Below, in pieces: positions 29,536-37,570 of a stretch of 59,891 nucleotides of DNA. The translations under genes were made by a program, and so were the position numbers. The notes under the pieces are model-generated. The model searched no databases. It was given only the letters and a program-made list of their open reading frames with translations, and was not told the DNA's origin. This stretch comes from Gammaproteobacteria bacterium (lineage in GTDB: Bacteria; Pseudomonadota; Gammaproteobacteria; Steroidobacterales; Steroidobacteraceae). The DNA lies in assembly GCA_031404555.1 (NCBI GenBank), contig JANNHT010000181.1, positions 1-59,891 of the forward strand. Reading direction: 5' to 3'. Position 1 is the first letter of the stretch. Every line of letters begins with the position of its first letter.

Positions 29536-30123
29536 ATGATCGATGTATCAGGTGAGAGAGGACGACGCTGGCTGCTGACGGGACTGTTCCCCGACATTCG
29601 CCGGGCCGGGCGCGCATACAAGGTCTGCGTGTGCCGCGGTTACGAAATTGGCGCGGTCAATGTCGTGATGTCCGATGCCACGCGCCAACGGTTGGTCGAC
29701 GAAGACACTCCCGTCTCGACCGAACTCGCGAGCCGCAAGGCACGGGGCGGTGAGCTCGGCGGGCCGGCGGGCGGACGTGCCGGCATCCTGATCACGGCGC
29801 TGTCAGCGATCGGCGCGGCCATCGCGATTCCGGGGCTCGGCCTGATCGCGGGCCCGCTCGCAGTCGCATTGACCGCCGGCGGCGCCGCCGGCGTCGCCGC
29901 GGGACTCGTCAGCCTGCTCGGCAACTGGGGCGTGCCCGACGAACGCATCCGCGGCTACGAAGACGCGATCCGCGCCGGCGGCATCCTGATGATGGTCGAG
30001 GTCGACGAGGACGCCGATGCGCGCAGCATCTCCAAGTCCTGGAAGACTCTGGGCGGGCGCGATGTGCACCGGCGGTCACAGGGCCGGCCGATTGACACCG
30101 TTTCGTCACCGCCGCGCGACTGA
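29536..30123 (+). CDS. glycine-zipper membrane protein with YflT-like general-stress domains (function unknown)
   Basis: 195 aa with a strong SD (GGAGGA) 7 nt upstream of the ATG. It has a central Gly/Ala-rich hydrophobic segment (GILITALSAIGAAIAIPGLGLIAGPLAVALTAGGAAGVAAG). The flanking GVP.E....YE.AIRAGGILMMVEV-type modules are recalled from general stress proteins. Confidence 0.55.
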   Translation: MIDVSGERGRRWLLTGLFPDIRRAGRAYKVCVCRGYEIGAVNVVMSDATRQRLVDEDTPVSTELASRKARGGELGGPAGGRAGILITALSAIGAAIAIPGLGLIAGPLAVALTAGGAAGVAAGLVSLLGNWGVPDERIRGYEDAIRAGGILMMVEVDEDADARSISKSWKTLGGRDVHRRSQGRPIDTVSSPPRD

Positions 30124-30229
30124 CGCCAAGACCCGCGCCCCCTAGCATCGTCTCCGGACCCCAGAGGAGATCCGGGCATGAGCGTCAGCTTGCGCGTCGC
30201 CCCCGGCTTCTGAACCGGAGAATCGGACC

Positions 30230-31243
30230 ATGAACACCCGCCGCTTCCTGACGCTTGCGCTCACCGGGTTTGTCGTCGCGCTCTCGCTCGCCGGGCCCGC
30301 CCGCGCAGCCGACACCGTGCTGCTGAACGTGTCCTATGACCCGACCCGCGAGCTCTACAACGACTACAACGCGGAATTCATCGCGCACTGGAAGAAGAAG
30401 ACGGGCAAGACGATCTCGATCCGTCAGTCGCACGGCGGCTCCGGCAAGCAGGCGCGCACCGTGATCGACGGCCTCCAGGCCGACGTCGTGACGCTCGCGC
30501 TCGCCTACGACATCGACGCGCTCGCGAAACAGGGCAAGCTGCTGCCGGCGAACTGGCAGGTGCGGCTGCCCGACAACAGCGCGCCCTACACCTCGACCAT
30601 CGTGTTCCTGGTGCGCAAGGGCAACCCGAAGAAGATCAAGGGCTGGGGCGACCTCGCGCGGTCGGGCGTCTCGGTCATCACGCCGAACCCGAAGACGTCG
30701 GGCGGAGCGCGCTGGAATCACCTCGCGGCCTGGGCCTGGGCGCTCCGGCAGCCGGGCGGGAGCGAGACGACGGCCGTGGCGTACCTGACGAAGCTCTACC
30801 GGAACGTGCCAGTGCTCGACACCGGCGCTCGCGGGTCGCTGACGACTTTCGCCCAGCGTGGCATCGGCGACGTGATGATCGCCTGGGAGAACGAGGCGCA
30901 TCTCGCGCTCGATCAGGCGGATGGCGCCAGGTTCGAGATCGTGATTCCGTCCGTCAGCATCCTGGCCGAGCCGCCGGTCGCGGTGGTCGATCGCGTCGCG
31001 CTGCGGCACAAGACGACGGACGTCGCGCGCGCCTACCTCGAACACCTGTATTCACCCGCGGCGCAGGAGATCATCGCGAAGCACCACTACCGGCCGCGCG
31101 ACAAGGCGGTGGCGGCGAAGTACGCGAAGGAATTCCCGTCGCTGACGCTCGTGACGATCAAGGACTTCGGCGGCTGGTCGGCGGCGCAGCAGAAGCATTT
31201 CGCCGACGGCGGCCTGTTTGACCGCATCTACGCGAAGAAATAG
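30230..31243 (+). CDS. sbp: sulfate/thiosulfate ABC transporter periplasmic binding protein
   Basis: 337 aa with a signal peptide and near-full-length Sbp/CysP pattern ([56 protein letters not shown]). Confidence 0.92.
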   Translation: MNTRRFLTLALTGFVVALSLAGPARAADTVLLNVSYDPTRELYNDYNAEFIAHWKKKTGKTISIRQSHGGSGKQARTVIDGLQADVVTLALAYDIDALAKQGKLLPANWQVRLPDNSAPYTSTIVFLVRKGNPKKIKGWGDLARSGVSVITPNPKTSGGARWNHLAAWAWALRQPGGSETTAVAYLTKLYRNVPVLDTGARGSLTTFAQRGIGDVMIAWENEAHLALDQADGARFEIVIPSVSILAEPPVAVVDRVALRHKTTDVARAYLEHLYSPAAQEIIAKHHYRPRDKAVAAKYAKEFPSLTLVTIKDFGGWSAAQQKHFADGGLFDRIYAKK

Positions 31244-31249
31244 GGCGGA

Positions 31250-31921
31250 TCAGGCCTTCAGGCGGTAGCCGACGCCCGACTCCGTCTGGAGCGGGTCATT
31301 GCCCGGCGACTCGCGCTCGAGCTTCTGGCGCAGCCGATGCACGAGCTGCTTCAGCAGCTGGCGATCGCCGCTGCCGCGATGGCCCCAGACATGGGCGAGC
31401 AGGCGCTCGGCGCTCACCACGTGTCCCGCCTGCGCGATCAGAATCTGGAGCAGGCGCGTCTCGAGCCGGGTGAGCCGGAGCGGCTGGCCGCCGGCGAAGC
31501 TGAGTGTCTGCGCCCCGATGTCGAGCGAGAGCCCGCCGGCTGTCAGCGTGTCGGCGGCCTCGATACCGGTGCGGCGCAGCAGCGCTTTGACGCGAGCGAG
31601 GAGGGTGCGCGGGCTAAAGGGTTTCGTCAGGTAGTCGTCCGCGCCGAGTTCGAGCGCGCGCACCAGGTCTTCTTCCTCACCGCGCGCCGTCAGCATCATG
31701 ATCGGCACCGGCGAGCGCCCGCGGATCGCCTTGCAGACGTCGAAACCGCTGCCGGTCGGCAGGTTGATGTCGAGCAGCACCAGGTTCGGCAGCTCCCGAT
31801 CGAATACGGCGAGCGCAGGCGCGGCGTCGGTCGCCTTGACGACGGCGTAGCCGGCGTTCGTCAACGCGAAGGCGACGAGCGCGAGCAGGTCCGCATCGTC
31901 GTCCACCACCAGGATCTTCAT
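31250..31921 (-). CDS. OmpR-family response regulator
   Basis: 223 aa with a receiver domain (MKILVVDDD..., LVLLDINLP, MLTARG) and a winged-helix output (VHRLRQKLE...GVGYRL). Its start overlaps the kinase stop (ATGA). Confidence 0.92.
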   Translation of the reverse strand: MKILVVDDDADLLALVAFALTNAGYAVVKATDAAPALAVFDRELPNLVLLDINLPTGSGFDVCKAIRGRSPVPIMMLTARGEEEDLVRALELGADDYLTKPFSPRTLLARVKALLRRTGIEAADTLTAGGLSLDIGAQTLSFAGGQPLRLTRLETRLLQILIAQAGHVVSAERLLAHVWGHRGSGDRQLLKQLVHRLRQKLERESPGNDPLQTESGVGYRLKA

Positions 31922-34050
31922 GCGTGCTCCGCCACGAGCGGAAGCGTAACGGAAAAGCGCGTGCGCCCGGCGCTCGTGCGGGCAGCCGCGACGCTGCCGC
32001 CGTGGCGCAGGACGATGGACTTGACGATCCAGAGACCAAGCCCGAGCCCGCGCGGATCCGGCTCCTGGTCGGCCGAGCGGTAGAACCGCTCGAAGATCGA
32101 GGCGTCCTCGAGCTCCGGCACGCCCGGACCCGCGTCCTCGACCCAGAGCACCACGTTGCCGTCCTGCCGCTCCGCGCCGACCGCGATCTCGCTGTCTTCC
32201 GGGCCGAACTTGCTCGCGTTCGCGAGCAGGTTGGTCACGACCTGCGTGAGCCGCTGTGCGTCGCCGGTGATGGTCGGGAGGTCGTCTGCAAGCGCATGGC
32301 GCAGCTGCTGGCGGCGCTGCATCAGCAGTCCCGCGATCAGGTCCTCGGCGTCCTCGACGACCTGGGCGAGCACCACCGGCTGGTGGCGGATGCCAAGTTG
32401 GCCGGATTCGATGCGGACGCTCTCCAGCAGGTTGTCGATGAGGCGCGTGAGGCGGAGCGTGCCGCGCTGCAGCGAGGTCAGCAGATCGCCGAGCTTCTCC
32501 CGCGGCATCGCGTCGAGCCCGTCCAGCATCAGCTCGACGGAGGCGAGCTGGGCCGCGAGCGGCGTGCGGAATTCATGCGAGATATTCGCGAGCACGGTGT
32601 CGCGCGCGCGGCGCACGGCCTCGAGCTCGGTCTCGTCGCGCATCACCTGCATCTGGAGGCCGCCGACCGGCGCCGCGCTCGTGATCACGACGGTGCGCGC
32701 CACGCCGCCCGCCTCGATGCGTTCGGTGGACTGTGCCTTGCCGTCGTCGCGCGCGGTGAAGATCGGGCAGTCCGTGTCGCAGGGCCGGCGCCCGTTCACG
32801 GCGCAGGGTTTCAGCACGTCGCCGCAGAACTGGCCGATCAGCTCGGCAGCCGGCGCGCCGAGCATCCGTGCAGCCTGCGGGTTGAGGTAGCGGATGCGCC
32901 GCTCCGGGTCGACCGCATACACGCCCTCGACCACGCCGTGAAGCACGGCCTGCGCCTCGGCCTCGCGCTGGCGCAACGCCGCGGTCAGGTCGATCAGGTT
33001 CCGGCGCATGTCGTCCATCGTGCGCGCGAGCGATTCGACCTCCTGCGTGCCCTGGACCGGGATGGACGTGGAGAAGTCGCCCTGGCCGAGCCGCTCCGCG
33101 GAATGCGCGAGCGCCTGAAGCGGCGCGCCGATGCGCCGCGCGAGCACGAGCGCGGCGAGGAGCGCGAGCGCGCCCAGCACGAGCATCGTGATGATGAGCT
33201 GGCGAACGAGGCTCGCGACTGCGCCCGCGACCTCTTTCGCCGGGAGGCGCGTTTCGATCAGCAGCACCGCCTCGCCGGTCGAGGCGAAGAGCGGCAGGCT
33301 CGCCGCGTACTGCTCGTGCACCGGGATCGCGGACGCAGCGATTTCGCCGGTCGCGAGCGCCTCCGAATGCATGTCGCGATAAGCCGGGTCCACGGCGTCG
33401 AGCCAGTCGGACAGCGGCAGCAGGCGCACTTCCGTGCCGACCTGCTGCGAGAGGAGGTCCGCGAAGTGGCCGTTGAACAGGCGGATGGTCATCACGTGCG
33501 CGCCAGGCAGCCCCGGGACCTCGACCAGCGCGCCGAGCGGGCCGCCGGCGCTGCCCGCGACCATGAAGCCGTCGCCCTGTTCACGCGCAGCGTCGAAGGC
33601 CTTGCCCCACGGGATGGTCGTCCCGGTGGAGGCGAGCAGTTCCGCGCCCATGAAGGCCGCGCAGCCGTCGAGCCCGGCCGTGTCGCAGAAGCGGCGCAGC
33701 ACCAGCGGCAGCTGGGACTGGTTCGATTCCTGGATCAGGCGGGCGAGTGTCGGGCGGCTCGACAGCAGGCGCGCCGCGGTCACCGTGTCCTCGCCGACGC
33801 GGCGGATCTCGTAGCGCGCCGCGTGCGCGGCCGCGCGGACCTGCGCGAGCGCCTGCGCCGCCGACTGTTCTCGGAGCAGGCCGATCGAGCCGAGGGCGAT
33901 CGCGGCGATCGCGAACAGCAGACCGCCGCCGATCGTGACGAGCAGCAGCCGCTCGAGCGAACGCGGGCGCGCCACCAGTCGCCGCAGGCCGGCCAGCCAG
34001 TCGAGCAGCAGCGGATGCAAGCTCAATGCCCTCCGATACCCGAGCGCCAC
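31918..34050 (-). CDS. sensor histidine kinase (periplasmic sensor-HAMP-PAS-HisKA-HATPase)
   Basis: 710 aa: two TM segments flanking a ~230-aa extracytoplasmic domain, HAMP, a PAS domain with four Cys, H-box SHEFRTPL, N-box NLLANASKF and G-boxes DAGPGVP/GLGLGLWIV. The first ATG overlaps the cysW 3' end by 28 nt. Confidence 0.9.
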   Translation of the reverse strand: MALGYRRALSLHPLLLDWLAGLRRLVARPRSLERLLLVTIGGGLLFAIAAIALGSIGLLREQSAAQALAQVRAAAHAARYEIRRVGEDTVTAARLLSSRPTLARLIQESNQSQLPLVLRRFCDTAGLDGCAAFMGAELLASTGTTIPWGKAFDAAREQGDGFMVAGSAGGPLGALVEVPGLPGAHVMTIRLFNGHFADLLSQQVGTEVRLLPLSDWLDAVDPAYRDMHSEALATGEIAASAIPVHEQYAASLPLFASTGEAVLLIETRLPAKEVAGAVASLVRQLIITMLVLGALALLAALVLARRIGAPLQALAHSAERLGQGDFSTSIPVQGTQEVESLARTMDDMRRNLIDLTAALRQREAEAQAVLHGVVEGVYAVDPERRIRYLNPQAARMLGAPAAELIGQFCGDVLKPCAVNGRRPCDTDCPIFTARDDGKAQSTERIEAGGVARTVVITSAAPVGGLQMQVMRDETELEAVRRARDTVLANISHEFRTPLAAQLASVELMLDGLDAMPREKLGDLLTSLQRGTLRLTRLIDNLLESVRIESGQLGIRHQPVVLAQVVEDAEDLIAGLLMQRRQQLRHALADDLPTITGDAQRLTQVVTNLLANASKFGPEDSEIAVGAERQDGNVVLWVEDAGPGVPELEDASIFERFYRSADQEPDPRGLGLGLWIVKSIVLRHGGSVAAARTSAGRTRFSVTLPLVAEHA

Positions 34051-34877
34051 TCCACGAGGGTCTTGGCTACGAGCGTCAGGATCGCGAGCAGCGCGAGAAG
34101 CGATGCGACCGCGAATGCCGCGACGAAATTGTACTCGTTGTACAGGATCTCGACCTGCAGCGGCATGGTGGTCGTGAGGCCCCGGATGTGGCCGGACACG
34201 ACCGAGACGGCACCGAATTCGCCCATCGCGCGGGCATTGCAGAGGATCACGCCGTACAGCAGGCCCCAGCGGATCTTCGGCAGCGTGACCCGGATGAAGG
34301 TGATCCAGGCGCCGGCGCCGAGCGAGAGCGCGGCGACCTCTTCCTCGCTGCCCTGCTGCTGCATCAGCGGGATCAGCTCGCGCGCGACGTACGGGAAGCT
34401 GATGAAGATGGTGGCGAGCACGATGCCGGGCACGGCGAACACGATCGAGACGTCGTGCTCCAGCAGCCAGCCGCCGAACCAGCCCTGGGCGCCGAACAGC
34501 AGCACGAGCACGAGGCCGGCGATGACCGGCGACACGGCGAACGGCAGGTCGATCAGCGTGACCAGCAGGCTCTTGCCGCGGAACTCGAAGCGCGCGATGG
34601 CCCAGGCCGCCGCGATGCCGAAGATCGTGTTGGCCGGCACCACTATCGCGGCGGTCAGCAACGTGAGCCGGATCGAGGCGCGGGTGTCCGGGTCGGCAAA
34701 GCTTTCGAGGAACAGCTCGGCGCCGCCCGCGAACGCCTGCGCGAGCACGGCGCCGAGCGGTGCGAGCAGCAGCAGCCCGAGGAATCCGAACGACAGCGCG
34801 AGCATCGCGATGCGCGCGAGCCGCGCGCCGCGCGTCATGCGCCGGCCGCCCGCGGTCCAGACGATCCGGCCGGCCAT
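34023..34877 (-). CDS. cysW: sulfate ABC transporter permease CysW
   Basis: ATG at 34877 shares one nt with the cysT stop. 284 aa, multi-TM, with an EAA-loop region (EEVAALSLGAGAWITFIRVTLP). The upstream part of ORF 34023-35351 is Arg-rich and overlaps cysT. Confidence 0.9.
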   Translation of the reverse strand: MAGRIVWTAGGRRMTRGARLARIAMLALSFGFLGLLLLAPLGAVLAQAFAGGAELFLESFADPDTRASIRLTLLTAAIVVPANTIFGIAAAWAIARFEFRGKSLLVTLIDLPFAVSPVIAGLVLVLLFGAQGWFGGWLLEHDVSIVFAVPGIVLATIFISFPYVARELIPLMQQQGSEEEVAALSLGAGAWITFIRVTLPKIRWGLLYGVILCNARAMGEFGAVSVVSGHIRGLTTTMPLQVEILYNEYNFVAAFAVASLLALLAILTLVAKTLVEWRSGIGGH

Positions 34878-35725
34878 CAGCGCGCGCCCGCCAGGCCGAG
34901 CCGGCGCTGGCCCCAGCCCTGGACCAGGTTGATCGCGAGCAGCATCACGAAGGACATCGCCAGCATGAAGAAGCCGAGCGCGGCGGCGCCGTCGTAGTCG
35001 TACTGCTCGAGCTTGATCACGATGAGCAGCGGCGTGATCTCGGTCTTGAAAGGCAGGTTGCCCGAGATGAAGACGACCGACCCGTACTCGCCGATGCCGC
35101 GCGCGAAGGCGAGGGTGAAGCCGGTCGAGAGTGCCGGCAGCACGGTCGGCAGGATGATGCGGCGGAACACGTGCCAGCCGCCGGCGCCGAGGGATTCCGC
35201 CGCGTCCTCGAGGTCGCGCCGCACCTCGATCAGCGCCGGCTGCACCGAGCGCACGACGAACGGCAGCCCGATCAGCACGAGGGCGACCACGACGCCGACC
35301 CAGGTGTAGGCGACCTGGACGCCGGCTTCCGCGAGCTTGAGGCCGAGCCACCCGTTCGGCGAGAACACGGTCGCGAGCGCGATGCCGGAGACCGCGGTCG
35401 GCAGCGCGAACGGCAGGTCGATCATCGCGTCGAGCAGGCGCCGGCCTGGGAAGTCATAGCGCACCAGCGACCAAGCGACGATGAAGCCGAACACGACGTT
35501 GATGCCGGCGGCGAGGAATGCGGCGCCGAAGCTCAGCCGGTACGACGCGATCGCGCGCTCGTCGAGCAGGATGTCGAAGAGGTCGGTCAACGGGATGCCG
35601 GAGGCGCGCACGACGAGCGCGGCGAGCGGCAGCAGCACGACCGCGCTCAGGAAGAACGTCGTGAAGCCGAGCGTCAGCCCGAAACCGGGCAGCGGGCTCG
35701 CCTGGTGGAACCGGCCGCGCGCCAC
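34877..35725 (-). CDS. cysT: sulfate ABC transporter permease CysT
   Basis: GTG at 35725 lies 1 nt after the cysA stop. 282 aa starting ...LPGFGLTLGFTTFFLSAVVLLPL, typical of CysT, with EAA loop EDAAESLGAGGWHVFRRIILP. Confidence 0.88.
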   Translation of the reverse strand: MARGRFHQASPLPGFGLTLGFTTFFLSAVVLLPLAALVVRASGIPLTDLFDILLDERAIASYRLSFGAAFLAAGINVVFGFIVAWSLVRYDFPGRRLLDAMIDLPFALPTAVSGIALATVFSPNGWLGLKLAEAGVQVAYTWVGVVVALVLIGLPFVVRSVQPALIEVRRDLEDAAESLGAGGWHVFRRIILPTVLPALSTGFTLAFARGIGEYGSVVFISGNLPFKTEITPLLIVIKLEQYDYDGAAALGFFMLAMSFVMLLAINLVQGWGQRRLGLAGAR

Positions 35726-35726
35726 G

Positions 35727-37445
35727 TCAGCGATCCGCGACCGCGGTTCGGACGAACATGACCGGGCGTGCCCCGGCGCCTTCCAGCAGGCGCGCGATCC
35801 CAATCAGGGCGCCGCCATCCAGCGAATCGAGCCCGAGCACGAGCATCGTGTTCGGGTCCACCGCGAGCTCGCGGTCGAGCTCCTCGTCCACTGAACCGAA
35901 GCGGATCTCGGTGCGCAGGTCGAGGCCGTGCTCGGCGAGCGCCGCAGAACGCACGTCGAGGAGTTGGCGCAGGCAAGCGCCGCGGTCGCGCTCGGAGGTC
36001 GCCGGATCGTGCACGGCGAGCAGCACGGACTGCGCCGGGAAGTGGCGCAGCAGGCTCGCCGAGACCGCGAGCGCTGCCGCGCGCGAGCGCGTGCCGGGCA
36101 GGATCACGATGCGTGCGGGTGGCGTCGCGCTGCCGGGCAGCACCAGGAGCTGGGTCGCGCCGCGCTGGAGGTAGCCCTGCGCTTCTGCCGCGGCGCCCGG
36201 GCGCGCCGCGAGCACGGGTAGTCCCGGCGGTGGAGTGCCGTCGCTGCCGATGCGCCGGTTGATGCGGCACTGCATACGCGTGGCGATGGTCGCGAGGAGC
36301 GGCGTCCCGGCGAGCTGCGCCGCTGCCGCCTCGTCGGGCGCGACGACCGTGAAGCTCGAGATCGGGGTGGGGAGCAGGTGCATGCGCCGCGCCGCGACCT
36401 CGACCGGCTGGCCGACCGCGAGCGGCTCCGTGCGTTGCTGCGGAAACGTGCGGAGCGCATCCAGCATCCAGCTGCCGTCCTCGGTGACGCGGTCGGGCGT
36501 CGCCGGCACAGGCCCGCCGGCCGGCATGCGGATGCGAATGCGCGCGGTCGCGCCGGCAAACTGGAGTTCTTCGACCACGCCACGGCCGACGCGGGTCATG
36601 TCTTCCGGTGCCTCGTCGTCGGCGAGGATGATCTCCTCGGGCCGGATCACGGCGACCACTTCGCGCGGCGCCAGCCGCCCGTCCGCCGGCCGCTCGAAGC
36701 GCAGTTCGTTCGGCGACCGGTAGGCGAGCAACAGGTTCGCGGCGCCGAGAAAGGTCGCGACGAAGCGCGTCGCGGGCCGTGCGTAGAGTTCGGCGGGCGC
36801 GCCTACCTCGAGCAGGCGCCCCTGGTGCATCACGCCGATGCGGTCCGCCATCGCGAAGGCCTCGTCCTGGTCGTGGGTGACGAGGATGGTCGTGATGCCG
36901 AGGTCGCGCTGGATCTGGCGGATCGTGCGGCGCAGCTCCTCGCGGATCTTGGCGTCGAGCGCGCCGAACGGCTCGTCGAGCAGCAGCACCTCGGGCCGGT
37001 GCGCGAGCGCGCGGGCGACGGCAACGCGCTGCTGCTGGCCGCCCGAGAGCTGGCCGGGCAGGCGGTCTTCCAGGCCCTCGAGCGCAACCAGGCGCAGGAG
37101 TTCGTTGCGCCGCTCGCGCCGGTCCGCGGCGCGCATGCGCCGGACGCGCAGCGCGAACTCGACGTTGTCCGCGACGCTCATGTGGCGGAACAGCGCGTAG
37201 TGCTGGAACACGAAGCCGACGCCGCGGTCGCGCGCGGAGACGCCGGACACGTCGCGGCCGTGCAGCGCGATGCGCCCGTGGTCGATCTCGACGAGCCCCG
37301 CGATGGCGCGGAGAAGCGTGCTCTTGCCGCTGCCGCTCGGCCCGAGCAGCACCAGGAACTCGCCCTGTTCGATCGCGAGCGAAACGTCGTTGACGACGGA
37401 TAGGTCCTGATACCGCTTCGTGACTTGATCGAGGGCGATCGACAT
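35727..37445 (-). CDS. cysA: sulfate ABC transporter ATP-binding protein CysA with C-terminal USP-like extension
   Basis: 572 aa. Residues 1-~240 are the ABC ATPase (GPSGSGKST, LSGGQQQRVAVARAL, LLLDEPF). Residues ~245-365 are a TOBE-like regulatory domain as in CysA. Residues ~366-572 are an extra alpha/beta-looking region ending ...PNTMLVLGLDSLDGGALIGIARLLEGAGARPVMFVR, reminiscent of universal stress proteins. Confidence 0.88.
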   Translation of the reverse strand: MSIALDQVTKRYQDLSVVNDVSLAIEQGEFLVLLGPSGSGKSTLLRAIAGLVEIDHGRIALHGRDVSGVSARDRGVGFVFQHYALFRHMSVADNVEFALRVRRMRAADRRERRNELLRLVALEGLEDRLPGQLSGGQQQRVAVARALAHRPEVLLLDEPFGALDAKIREELRRTIRQIQRDLGITTILVTHDQDEAFAMADRIGVMHQGRLLEVGAPAELYARPATRFVATFLGAANLLLAYRSPNELRFERPADGRLAPREVVAVIRPEEIILADDEAPEDMTRVGRGVVEELQFAGATARIRIRMPAGGPVPATPDRVTEDGSWMLDALRTFPQQRTEPLAVGQPVEVAARRMHLLPTPISSFTVVAPDEAAAAQLAGTPLLATIATRMQCRINRRIGSDGTPPPGLPVLAARPGAAAEAQGYLQRGATQLLVLPGSATPPARIVILPGTRSRAAALAVSASLLRHFPAQSVLLAVHDPATSERDRGACLRQLLDVRSAALAEHGLDLRTEIRFGSVDEELDRELAVDPNTMLVLGLDSLDGGALIGIARLLEGAGARPVMFVRTAVADR

Positions 37446-37570
37446 GGGGGTTTTCCGCCGGCGGCCCAGGGACCTGACGCGGCAGGCTAGCCGTCGCCCG
37501 GTCGCAGCGTCAGTCGCAAGCTGGTGACAAGACGGTGACGGGGCGGTTGCGGCGGCCCGCGGGGCCGCCG

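Noticed and set aside
29474-29605. Direct repeat of the 8-mer CCGACATT about 110 bp apart, upstream of and inside the 5' end of the stress-protein ORF
   Set aside because: It is a single short repeat found post hoc, and the flanks do not match a known promoter or operator consensus. It is compatible with chance.
30178-30210. 10-codon mini-ORF ([11 protein letters not shown]) upstream of sbp, considered as a leader peptide
   Set aside because: It has no Cys or Met codons that would make sense for sulfur attenuation, no SD, and no associated terminator or antiterminator structure.
31924-34932. 1002-aa ORF, the longest in the track, antisense to the histidine kinase and cysW
   Set aside because: It shows no motifs and extreme Arg/Ala/Gly/Glu content. 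The opposite strand encodes complete, motif-bearing kinase and permease proteins with proper coupling signals.
34878-35351. N-terminal extensions of track ORFs (34023-35351, 43013-45952, 13843-14688, 16583-17530, 46887-47909, 22807-23961, 5156-6067)
   Set aside because: The extended parts overlap the upstream gene, are Arg/Pro-rich and carry no similarity. Internal starts give signal peptides or conserved N-termini and sit at classic ATGA/GTGA coupling sites.
37550-37570. 9-bp GC hairpin (cggcggccc-gcg-gggccgccg) abutting ATG 37571 of the M20 peptidase
   Set aside because: It could be a translational control element. However, the start codon of this gene is itself uncertain (37535, 37571 or 37583), and such GC hairpins are frequent in this composition.
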